Shown here one piece after another: positions 25,649 to 37,900 of a DNA stretch of 64,000 nt. Location: NCBI GenBank assembly GCA_002269645.1, contig NIVC01002923.1, positions 7,933 through 71,932 of the forward strand. The letters run 5' to 3'. A model generated the notes under the pieces. The model was not told where the DNA came from, did not search any database, and worked only from the letters and a program-made list of their open reading frames with translations. Numbering within the stretch: the stretch's first letter is position 1; every line of letters starts with the position of its first letter. Position numbers and translations under genes: made by a program. The stretch comes from Macrostomum lignano (taxonomy: Eukaryota).

Positions 25649-27257
25649 TCGTCTCTATCTAGGGTTAGGCCCCTGCCCTATAGGCCTATCATATGGTTAT
25701 ACTATATATAGCTTATATAAATTAGGTTTGTTTTCCAGTCCAGGATTTTTAGTATGAATTTTTGTAATGCCTAATACAAGGCCTAGTAAATTTCTTGATT
25801 TTTTCTTTGATAGACTAGGCCTAACCTATTTTGCTTTATAATATTTATATCATATATCCTGAAGGTTAAAATAGTTTTATGGTAGAATTCCAGCTGTTTT
25901 GGCCTAAACCATTTTGGCCATGGACTTTTGGCCCCAAACCATTTTGCCCATAGACCATTGTGCCCACAACCTAGTTCAACTATAAGCATTTCAGCCACAA
26001 TTAGGCCTAATGATTATAAATATATATTGCTAAGCTAAGAATACTTTTTATACACTTTATTTTTACCTTCTTAGAAAAACACTACATTAAATAATTTGCA
26101 AACAATATAGCTCTAATATTAAATAATTTGCAAACAATATAGGCCTAGAGGCCAAACATTGATGCAAAGTTATCTCAAAATATAAAGAAGTGAAATACTC
26201 AGGATATACTTACAAATTTTAAACTATTGTATAATTTTTATAAAAATTCAACATTTTCTAAAAGCAATAATGAGAATTTTTTAATATTGACTTTTTAGAA
26301 ATTATAATTATAAACTATATGTTAATTGGCTTAGCCTTAGCTTTGGCATATTGCTTCAATAATTTTAGCTAAGCATTTTTAATTATACTTGTATATACTA
26401 TATAATAATCATTGTTGCAAACAGAAGTAAGCAATAGTTTAGGCCCTTATATTTGCTATAAATATAACTTATGTGTACGATATATACAATAGAAATTTCC
26501 ATTATGTATACTTCTTTGGGGTGATAATTATGTTTTATAACATGTTAAAGATTAAAATTAGGCCTAGCATTGAAAAGCTATAATCATAGTCATTTTAATC
26601 AATAAAGGCTTAGAGAGAAACCTTTTTTTGTAAATTGAAATATTATAATGGGGGTCATTTTTTGTATACCTCTAATAGATTAAGTACATAATTCTATAGC
26701 ATTAGCCTAGTCTAGGTATATTTAAACTTATTTAAATAGTCTACTTTCATTGTTTTGGATTAATAGCATAATCATTCTTTGTTTTTATTAACTTATAGTT
26801 ATTTTACTCACTGTTTTGTACTGATGCCTATGATATTAATTTTGTTTTTGATTTGCCTACTTTGTATGATTTAAATAATTTTGTCATAATCATATATTTC
26901 CTTTGTTATTGCAGCTCTAGATGTATTATACATGCCAATCTAACCTAATGCCAAGCAACCCCTTCTTAAGGTGCATCAGTCTTCTTTTCTCTTGTACATT
27001 AAAAAAATAAAAACACAGTATTAAAATTCTAGTAGACTTAATGCATCGTCTTTCTGTCCTCCCACAAAAGTGCTATGTATACTCATACTAGTTGATATTA
27101 TTATAGCCTAGTTCTTTTTTGCACTCCATTAATAATGCTATATGATATGATAACATCTAATAAGCAAATGGAGAATTAGATTTTGTAGCAAAAACCATTG
27201 TCTCTCCCACTGCCCTGAGCAGCTTAATCAATTTGAGTTCTCCACTTTCACAGCCAG

Positions 27258-30200
27258 ATGGGCAACGCCCTCCGCTGCTGGCCATGCCGCTCCAAAGCCA
27301 AGCAGGGCCCGGCAACCCGGCTTATAGTGCCAAACTTCAAGTTCGAAGACTGGCCAGATAGCGACAATCCTAATAAGCGATTCGCCAACAATTGCATTAA
27401 GACTACAAAGTACAGCCTGTTGACTTTTCTGCCATTAAATTTGTGGGAGCAGTTCCACAGGTTCGCCAATATTTACTTTGTATTTATTGTGGTGCTAAAC
27501 TTCATGCCCGAAGTGTCGGCATTCGCCAAAGAGCTGTCGCCCATACCGGTAGTATTCGTGCTGGCTGTCACAGCCGTCAAAGACGCCTTCGAGAACTACA
27601 GGCGCTACCGGTCTGATCAGCGCATCAATCACAGCCGCTGCCAGGTGTACAGGCGCTCTGTGCGCGACTACGTGCCAGACGAGTGGCGCCGCCTCTGGCC
27701 AGGCGATATTGTAAAGCTGAGAGCTAACGATGTCATACCGGCCGATATTTTGTTGCTGCACAGCTCGGATCCGGCTGGCCTGTGCTACATTGAGACCTGC
27801 AATATCGATGGCGAGACCAATTTGAAACAGAGACACGTCATGCGCGGCCTGAAGGTGCGTTGTTGGCCGAGGAGTCGGGAAAGATATGCTTAGTATTGAA
27901 ATCAATTGGGCTCCGGGTTTTTGCGTCACAAGCTCTAATCAGCAAGATGTTAAAATTTGTATAAAAGTTCAATCTTGAGAAGAAATTTTAAGCCTGTAAA
28001 GTTTCGAATCTGACTATAACTTTGTTTACTATTACTATTTTATTGGAAATAGTTTCCAGTTTTCGATCTGTGTGTGTGTGCAGTCTGAATCAAAAGTTCA
28101 AATGCGGATTGGAAAATCTCACAGGAGGGCCCTGGGGCGAAGCAATTCTGCTCATTCCGCTGACTCCTGAGTACATGCAAGCGCGCCAATACTGTACGTA
28201 AGCACACACAGCTCACACAGGGTGTACAGCGGCCCTGGCCATCGCATGTACACTCTGTACTTTAGGGGGGTTGGCCCTCACCCTCATGGGTGTGAAGTGT
28301 ACGACAACCCTTAGTCAATTTTCATGCACAAGCCCCAGTTTATGTCAATGTGGCCGCGCACGGAATCAAACCAAGGACTACTCAAGTAGGAGGACGCACG
28401 GAATCAAACCAAGGACTACTCAAGTAGGAGGATGCACGGAATCAAACCAAGGACTACTCAAGTATGCGTACATTCCCTGTACCTAAAATCATAAAAATGC
28501 GTGGCACAGCTCGACTCTAGTTTCACGAATCTATTTTATCATCTCTTACGCATATTGTTACACAGTCAGTGAGTCAGTTGAGCCATGTTAACGGTTTTTA
28601 GGCACAGGACATGTGCAATTGTACGTAGAATAAAAAATTAGCATAGAACCCTAATTTTCTGAACGAAAAGCTTTATGAATATCAATACAGCTATAAGAAA
28701 GGCACAACATATCAAAAGATGAGCATTGGGTCTGCCTCCTATCGAAAGCAATAACAACTTTTGTGCTGAAAAATGAAAGCTTCCTATCTCCGTAGTGTAT
28801 TTTGCGGCGTAAACCAGCCTGGAGCCTCCTTAACATTTTCTAATAAGCTTAGTTTCTCGTCCTCCGACTTGAGCAGTCCTTGAATCGAATACTGGGGTCT
28901 GGGGCGCGCAAGTCAGAAGCGTTTACCGCTAAACTGGCATGTCCAAATGATTTTGGCAAATAGGTTTGGTTTATTATTTAAAACGCAAGTTATCCGACGG
29001 AATGCTTGGCTCTGTGTGAATTTAGACTTTATTTCAGTTGAATCTTCTAGCACGAACTATTTGCGGTGTTGCAGCGCTTATTTAATACGTTTAATTGGTT
29101 AAGGTGTATTCAATATTGGTGCGTTTTGTAGTTATATCAATTTTATTTCTTTAATTAATAGTCCCAGGCTGTTACTGCGCAATAGTAAATTATTATTATT
29201 TCCTATTTCCAGCCATGTTCACTTGCAACTTTAAGCAATTTAGCTGAATGCAGGTATTGCCGTTGGGTAAATCTTAAACCATAAATAATGCATTAGATGC
29301 CAAATGCATTTTTAACCCTGCAATAATCCACTCTACTAAAATTTAAATTTCTTAACTAAGTAATCTTTTTTCTTAAATTTACTTAGTAAGAACCGAAAAT
29401 TCGTAGGATAATAATCCTAGGAATTTTTAAATTGCTACTAGCCTTAATTTTACTCACATTTTGCTACTTTGTATGAACTTTGCTGTGATTAGCTCAACTT
29501 ATTTGATTTTTAATACATCAGTAGCTTCTACCCTTGCATCGGTGCAACCTGAGGTCATTGAGCAGCTTCTACCCTTGCATCGGTGGTGCAACCTGAGGTC
29601 ATTGAGCAGCTTCTACCCTTGCATCGGTGCAACCTGAGGTCATTGAGCAGCTTCTACCCTTGCATCGGTGCAACCTGAGGTCATTGAGTGGCTTCTACCC
29701 TTGCATTTGTGCAACCTGAGGTCATTGAGCAGCTTCTACCCTTGCATCGGTGGTGCAACCTGAGGTCATTGAGCAGCTTCTACCCTTGCATCGGTGCAAC
29801 CTGAGGTCATTGAGCAGCTTCTACCCTTGCATCGGTGCAACCTGAGGTCATTGAGTCAGTATTCGTGAGACTATTTTTGTATTTTCAGATGCAAGGGTGA
29901 TCTTTAAAAAATCACCAATCAGAAGCTTAGTAGTAGCTTTATATTAAAGCTAATCATTTAATTATAACTTCTGCATTAAAATGAGTTTTTTTCTAGTTGC
30001 TAAAACCAGAGCCTTGTGTTGCTTTGAATCGCTAAAAATGTCGTCCCGGTCCTGTTTTTTTCAGCATTCACTGGCAGGGGTAAAACTGCTATATTGTTTA
30101 TCTTGAAGAGTTCAGTTCATTAATTTGCAGTTTACTTTTTACACTGTTTATTTAACGAGAGTTCAATAATTGGAGTTGCACTATTGATGTTTAAAAACGA

Positions 30201-31801
30201 CGGCATTTTATTCTGCCTAGATATGAAAAGTTAGTAAAATTTTGCATGATCGTACGAGCTATGTATCATCAGTTACTAAGTTTTTATATTTTTATTACTG
30301 ACTAATTTTGTGCTCAAAGTTAACTAACGGATTTTCAGATAGAAAAGTTTTTGCTATCAATCGGAGTGCTATTAGCACCCATAAAGTTCCGCTGTGTTTA
30401 ATAGAAGGACGAGAAGAACTTCGTTTCTTAGAAAGCCTTTTGTTACTGGAACTCTTTTGTGCCAAAAAAACGACAAGTTCCTAAATCCGTGGTGGATTTT
30501 AGCAACCCCAGTCTCCTGATATGTTCTTAGAAACGAGGTTTACCGTCCTTAAACTACTAAAGTCGTCCTTGGACCTGCCTCTAGAGCGTGTTCAGTATTT
30601 ATCTAATAATATACATTTTAAAGGATATAAACAGTACAAATTTCTTAATCCATTTTCAGGAATTCGACCCAGAAACTTTTGTACACGACGTTGAAGTTGA
30701 GGTGCCGAATACCGAGATTTACAAATTTGACGGCACTGTGTACGTTGACTATCTCTATGAATTATGACTGCCAGCTAGTCTTTGTTTCACAGTAGGAATA
30801 CCAATGCCCTTTTTCCGTACGTCCAACTAGGGGAAATCCCCCTGACAATTTTTTTGCTGCGCCTGAACGGAGAAACGCAGGCACACGAAATTCAATACTC
30901 ACTGATGTCATCTGTTGAAGGTTCCGACAGCGTCGGGATGATACTAGCTGAGGATGTCCAGCAGTTGAGGCTTGCCCACTGCCGAGGCTTGATCATCGAT
31001 ACTAGAGAAGTTCGCAACCATAGTCACCTGGTGCTATCTGTTGAAGGTCCAGAAGGCCAGTGACCAACGAAGTCAGAGCTGATGCAGACCCATGTGATCC
31101 ATGTGCTGATGAAATTTGGAGGCTTGGCAAGGCTGCACTGAGGGGTGTACTGAATACACTGGCGCTTATAGGAAAATCCGACCTTCTGGCAGAATCGTCG
31201 AATATCTCGACGGTCCGGAGGGCTGACGACTTGATTCTTCTTAGCCCGTGTTCTTCAATTTCGTGTGCCTGCGTTGCTTCATTCGGCCCCCCGCCCTTGG
31301 TAGTTCTACTGTCAATTAAAAATGTTTCTAAGATTTTTAACCTTCACTTTTACAGGCGCATCCGAGGCGCCGATGATAACGTTGTCGCCATTCATAAGGA
31401 GAATCTCATTCTCAGAGGCTGCACTATTCGCAATACCGATTCCGTTGAGGGCATGGTTATTTATGCTGGTAAGGCCTGGCTCTGCTTTATAACCTGTGGC
31501 TGTTGTGTTTTGCTGACTTTCTGTATGCTAAGTCTTCTGTGTTTTATGTTTTAATAATAAGGTGTAATACTTTATCCTCTGCAGTAAGGTTTTTCAAATT
31601 CAAAACTTTATCCAAGGTTTCTTGTTCAAATTTTTCACCGGGGGAGCACTGCAAAAGTTCCTATTGCACTTGAAGAGGAGCGTTTTCTGCATGTATTTGT
31701 CTGTCTGGATGACTGTATGTCTGTCTGTCTGTCTGTCTGTGTGTCTGTCTGTCTGTGTGTCTGTCTGTCTGTCTGTCCGTCTGTCTGTGTGTCCGTCTGT
31801 A

Positions 31802-31835
<34 letters not shown>

Positions 31836-31898
31836 CCTGCCTGTCTGTCTGTCCGTCTGTCTGTCTGTCTGTCTGTCTGTCGGTCTGTCTGTCTGTCG

Positions 31899-31968
<70 letters not shown>

Positions 31969-34900
31969 CTGTCTGTCTGTCTGTCTGTCTGTATGCCTCT
32001 CCGCTGGTGTAAATTTCATAGCTTGCTATTCAGTTTTAACGTCTGCAGAACATTCAGTGCCAACAGGCATCAATGACAGGTTGGCGAATTTATCATTAAT
32101 AAAAATATTTAATTTAAGTTTCTATTATCTTGCTATTGATAGTGGTAAAATCTGTGATGATTTTGAAGAAGAGTAAAAGCAAAACCAACACAGAGCCTCT
32201 TTAACAAAGGTATTTCTGCTTATTTTTATTGCTCTTTGTCAGTTTCAAGCCCTGTGAGTCTACTAGCCTTTGACTGTCAAAATGCATCCTTTGGCTTCTG
32301 GTCAATTAGTATGCGAAAATTTATTGTATGCAAATTTTCTTTGATGTATTGCAGCAATTTATAGAATAACGTATTTAAAGTGCAATCTTCTGTTTGGAAT
32401 TACGAGTTGATTTAACTATTCTATACTATATATAAGAGCACGTAAAAGTGCAATACGCTAAGTCTGGTCTCTAATCCTCAAAGCTGGGGCGCTGCCGCAT
32501 TCCCGGATCCTCTCAGACTAAACCACCGCCACTTTCCCAGATCCTCAGTTACTGAGCCACCGTCACCCTCACAGATCCTCAGTTGCTGGGCCACTCTCCC
32601 AGATCCTCAGTTGCTGGGCCACCGCTACTCTCACAGATCCTCAGTTGCTGGGCCACCGCCACTCTCCCAGATTCTCAGTTGCTGGGCCACCGTCACCCTC
32701 ACAGATCCTCAGTTACTGAGTCACCCTCACAGATCCTCAGTTACTGAGTCACCCTCACAGATCCTCAGTTGCTGGGTCACCCTCACAGATCCTCAGTTGC
32801 TGGGCCACCGTCACCCTCACAGATCCTCAGTTGCTGGGTCACCCTCACAGATCCTCAGTTGCTGGGCCACTGTCACCCTCACAGATCCTCAGTTGCTGGG
32901 CCACCGTCACCCTCACAGATCCTCAGTTGCTGGGTCACCCTCACAGATCCTCAGTTACTGGGTCACCGCCACTCTCCCAGATCCTCAGTTGCTGGGCCAC
33001 CGTCACCCTCACAGATCCTCAGTTGCTGGGTCACCGCCACTCTCCCAGATCCTCAGTTGCTGGGCCACCGTCACCCTCACAGATCCTCAGTTGCTGGGTC
33101 ACCCTCACAGATCCTCAGTTACTGAGCCACCCTCACAGATCCTCAGTTGCTGGGCCACCCTCACAGATCCTCAGTTACTGAGCCACCCTCACAGATCCTC
33201 AGTTGCTGGGCCACCCTCACAGATCCTCAGTTGCTGAGCCACCCTCACAGATCCTCAGTTACTGAGCCACCCTCACAGATCCTCAGTTGCTGGGCCACCC
33301 TCACAGATCCTCAGTTACTGAGCCACCGTCACCCTCACAGATCCTCAGTTGCTGGGCCACCGCCACTCTCCCAGATCCTCAGTTACTGGGCCACCGCCAC
33401 TCTCCCAGATCCTCAGTTGCTGGGCCACCTTCCCAGATCCTCAGTTGCTGGACCACCTTCCCAGATCCTCAGTTGCTGGACCACCTTCCCAGATCCTCAG
33501 TTGCTGGACCACCTTCCCAGATCCTCAGTTGCTGGGCCACCTTCCCAGATCCTCAGTTGCTGGGCCACCTTCCCAGATCCTCAGTTGCTGGGCCACCTTC
33601 CAAGATCCTCAGTTGCTGGACCACCTTCCCAGATCCTCAGTTGCTGGGCCACTTTCCCAGATCCTCAGTTGCTGGACCACCTTCCCAGATCCTCAGTTGC
33701 TGGGCCACCTTCCAAGATCCTCAGTTGCTGGACCACCTTCCCAGATCCTCAGTTGCTGGGCCACCTTCCCAGATCCTCAGTTGCTGGGCCACCTTCCAAG
33801 ATCCTCAGTTGCTGGACCACCTTCCCAGATCCTCAGTTGCTGGACCACCTTCCCAGATCCTCAGTTGCTGGACCACCTTCCCAGATCCTCAGTTGCTGGA
33901 CCACCTTCCCAGATCCTCAGTTGCTGGACCACCTTCCCAGATCCTCAGTTGCTGGGCCACCTTCCCAGATCCTCAGTTGCTGGGCCACCTTCCCAGATCC
34001 TCAGTTGCTGGGCCACCTTCCCAGATCCTCAGTTGCTGGGCCACCTTCCAAGATCCTCAGTTGCTGGACCACCTTCCCAGATCCTCAGTTGCTGGGCCAC
34101 CCTCCCAGATCCTCAGTTGCTGGGCCACCGCCACTCTCCCAGATCCTCAGTTGCTGGGCCACCTTCCAAGATCCTCAGTTGCTGGGCCACCCTCCCAGAT
34201 CCTCAGTTGCTGGGCCACCGCCACTCTCCCAGATCCTCAGTTGCTGGGCCACCTTCCAAGATCCTCAGTTGCTGGGCCACCCTCCCAGATCCTCAGTTGC
34301 TGGGCCACCGCCACTCTCCCAGATCCTCAGTTGCTGGGCCACCTTCCAAGATCCTCAGGCCGAGCAGCCTCACTCCCAGATCCTCAGGCCGAGCAGCCTC
34401 ACTCCCAGATCCTCAGGCCGAGCAGCCTCACTCCCAGATCCTCAGGCCGAGCAGCCTCACTCCCAGATCCTCAGGCCGAGCAGCCTCACTCCCAGATCCT
34501 CAGGCCGAGCAGCCTCACTCCCAGATCCTCAGGCCGAGCAGCCTCACTCCCAGATCCTCAGGCCGAGCAGCCTCACTCCCAGATCCTCAGGCCGAGCAGC
34601 CTCACTCCCAGATCCTCAGGCCGAGCAGCCTCACTCCCAGATCCTCAGGCCGAGCAGCCTCACTCCCAGATCCTCAGGCCGAGCAGCCTCACTCCCAGAT
34701 CCTCAGGCCGAGCAGCCTCACTCCCAGATCCTCAGGCCGAGCAGCCTCACTCCCAGATCCTCAGGTCGGCACGTCTGCCACCTCATCATGCTCTTCAACA
34801 GTTAAGCTTCCAATTTTGCTAAAGCTCAGTTACAATAAGCTTCAAACAACGCTACCGACCGCAGGCCGCGAGACCAAAGCAATGATGAACAATCGCGGGC

Positions 34901-37900
34901 CAAGATTCAAGCGCAGCAAATTGGAGCGCCAGATTAACAAAGATGTAATCTGGTGCGTTATCATACTGTTCGTGCTGTGCCTGTTTGGCGCTATTGGTGA
35001 GTTTCTTTTGTTCTTTTTTAGTGTTTATGCAAATTCCTTTCCCTTGTAATCTTGGTATTTGAAATCCCGACCGTTACTAGGCAGCGGCATTTGGCTACAC
35101 GGATTCGTAAAGCCGGAGAGCGTTATTTTCTTGTCGCTAGGCAACGACACTCGTTCAACGCCGGTTGTTCAAGCTTTCATTAACTTTTGGACTTATATTA
35201 TTATACTGCAGGTGAGTTGCGGGTGTTGGTATTTTGCTACAGTCGATATTTCGGATTCTGAGACCGTCGCTTTTGAGTTCTGAGAAAAGTTCTGAGCTTT
35301 TTTACTTCTATTAGTCATCGCCTTTGAATTCTAAGATCGCCGCTTTTGTACTTTTATTTGTCGCTTTTAAATCCTAAGATTGCCGCTTTTGTAATTTTGT
35401 ACTTTTCCGCTTGTGATAATTGTGATTGCCTTTTTCTAGACTATCTATCAGACCATCGCCAAATCCCACTATGATTCTGCAGGCCATGATTCCGCTGGCT
35501 CTGTACGTGACAGTTGAATTTGTGAAGCTTGGCCAGACAGTCTACATCAACAGCGACTTGGACATGTACGACCCGGAGCGGGACATGCCGGCCGAGTGTC
35601 GGGCTTTGAACATCACGGAAGACCTCGGCCAGATCGAATACGTGTTCACGGATAAGACTGGCACCCTGACTGAGAATAAAATGGAATTCAAACGGTGCAG
35701 CGTGCTTGGCCACGACTACGAATATTGCCAGACTCCGCCTCGGCCAACCGGTGAGTTTGTGCAGTGATCTATGAACAGTATATACATACATAGTACTGCT
35801 GGCCCAGTGTTTGTATATTCAAGGTCATTTTTTTATTTCACCTGCCCTAATTGGGCCAGATGTGCAACCGACAGCTCAGCCGCAGCTATTTGCGCGGCGC
35901 ATCTGAAGGCTGCGTACGGCTGTTCAGTCCAAGGACTGGGGGGTCGCCACACACAGCCTCAATTACCCCAGCTAATGCTGGCACCCATTTTACAGCTGGG
36001 TGAACTGAAGCAATGCAGAGTTAAGTCTCTTACTTAAGGACACGAATTGTTCCTAGTGGGTCGAGAATCGAACCCCCGACCTTTCAGTCGTGAGTCCGAC
36101 TCTCTTAACCACATAGGCTACAATCCTCACAGCTATCTTCATCAGTCGAAAAAAATAATTTTGCAACTTTGCTTACAGATTACTCAAATTTTTAATTTTA
36201 TAGAAGTCTTGAAATTCCAAGAATCCCTATAATTGTTAGTATTTTACGTTGAATTCAAACAGATCCTGTGGACACGGTCTGCTTGCACTTGTTGGCAGGG
36301 AGAAAATATCGAAACATTCCATCCTTGATGCATGTAGTTGTGAATACCAGTCGCGTTTCAGTAAATAAAAGTACACAATAACTGACTGATCTCCGTGGCA
36401 CCCTGAATCGATTCGACATTTTGTTTTGCTGCTCCCATATACGGTTGGCCAATTAGTTGTTTGATCGACCCACTCACATCTTTGGTTGGATTCTTGGCTA
36501 ATTATGACCAAGGCATTGTTAATGTGTGCTTTTTAGTATTCGCCCAGGGTCTGTTTTGTTTTATTGGTTACCTTTTAAATAACACCGCATATTATTGTGC
36601 AGTGTCTGTACGAGAATCCCTATTGTGTGTACTATTGCAGCTAAAGCGGCGGCGCCCGCTCGTGCAAATTGTAATTCGCATCAGCAAATGCCAGCGGATA
36701 GAAAGTTGACCAAGTTTAATCACTTGTCTCGAAGTATGTTAATAGTCTGGATTGGGTTGTCTTTTATATTTCTTAACCACTATATATTTTGTTTACTTTG
36801 AGTGTTAGAACTGTGCGTTTTATTATCAAATGGTCAAATTATCAAATTTATAACTTATTTCAATATTGTTATATTTTATTATTCTAAATGTGGTGAGGCT
36901 ACGTTTCGGTACCCTTGTGACTTTTTTCAATATTAGAGAGGCCTGGGAAGTAGAGAAGCAGACTCAGGGACTGCTGAGTGAGCAGAGAGGCAGACTCAGG
37001 GACTGAGTGAGCGGATAGGCAGACTCAGGGACTGAGTGAGCGGATAGGCAGACTCAGGGACTGAGTGAGCGGATAGGCAGACTCAGGGACTGAGTGAGCG
37101 GATAGGCAGACTCAGGGACTGAGTGAGCGGATAGGCAGACTCAGGGACTGAGTGAGCGGATAGGCAGACTCAGGGACTGAGTGAGTGGATAGGCAGACTC
37201 AGGGACTGAGTGAGCGGATAGGCAGACTCAGGGACTGAGTGAGCGGATAGGCAGACTCAGGGACTACTGAGTGAGCGGATAGGCAGACTCAGGGACTGAG
37301 TGAGCGGATTGGCAGACTCAGGGACTGAGTGAGCAGAGAGGCAGACTCAGGGACTGAGTGAGCAGAGAGGCAGACTCAGGGACTGAGTGAGCAGAGAGGC
37401 AGACTCAGGGACTGAGTGAGCAGAGAGGCAGACTCAGGGACTGAGTGAGCGGATAGGCAGACTCAGGGACTACTGAGTGAGCGGATAGGCAGACTCAGGG
37501 ACTACTGAGTGAGCGGATAGGCAGACTCAGGGACTACTGAGTGAGCGGAGAGGCAGACTCAGGGACTGAGTGAGCGGAGAGGCAGACTCAGGGACTACTG
37601 AGTGAGCGGATAGGCAAACTCAGGGACTGAGTGAGCGGATAGGCAAACTCAGGGACTACTGAGTGAGCAGAGAGGCAGACTCAGGGACTGAGTGAGCGGA
37701 TAGGCAGACTCAGGGATTGAGTGAGCGAATAGGCAGACTCAGGGACTGAGTGCGCGGATAGGCAGACTCAGGGACTGAGTGAGCGGATAGGCAGATTCAT
37801 AGACAAGTAGTACAAATACTTTAACAGGTGAGAGGAAATCTGCACTCTTGACACCTGCTTCTGAACAGTAAAACTTTATTTACAAACTCAACCCTTCATC

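Noticed and set aside
29520-29856. Regularly spaced repeats resembling a CRISPR array (also other 28-41 bp arrays)
   Set aside because: No unique spacers, no cas genes, and a eukaryotic intronic context.
32611-35049. Overlapping 500-aa ORFs ([18 protein letters not shown]..)
   Set aside because: Translations of the intronic minisatellite that are open in all three frames. Only the final 34865-34996 segment is a real exon.
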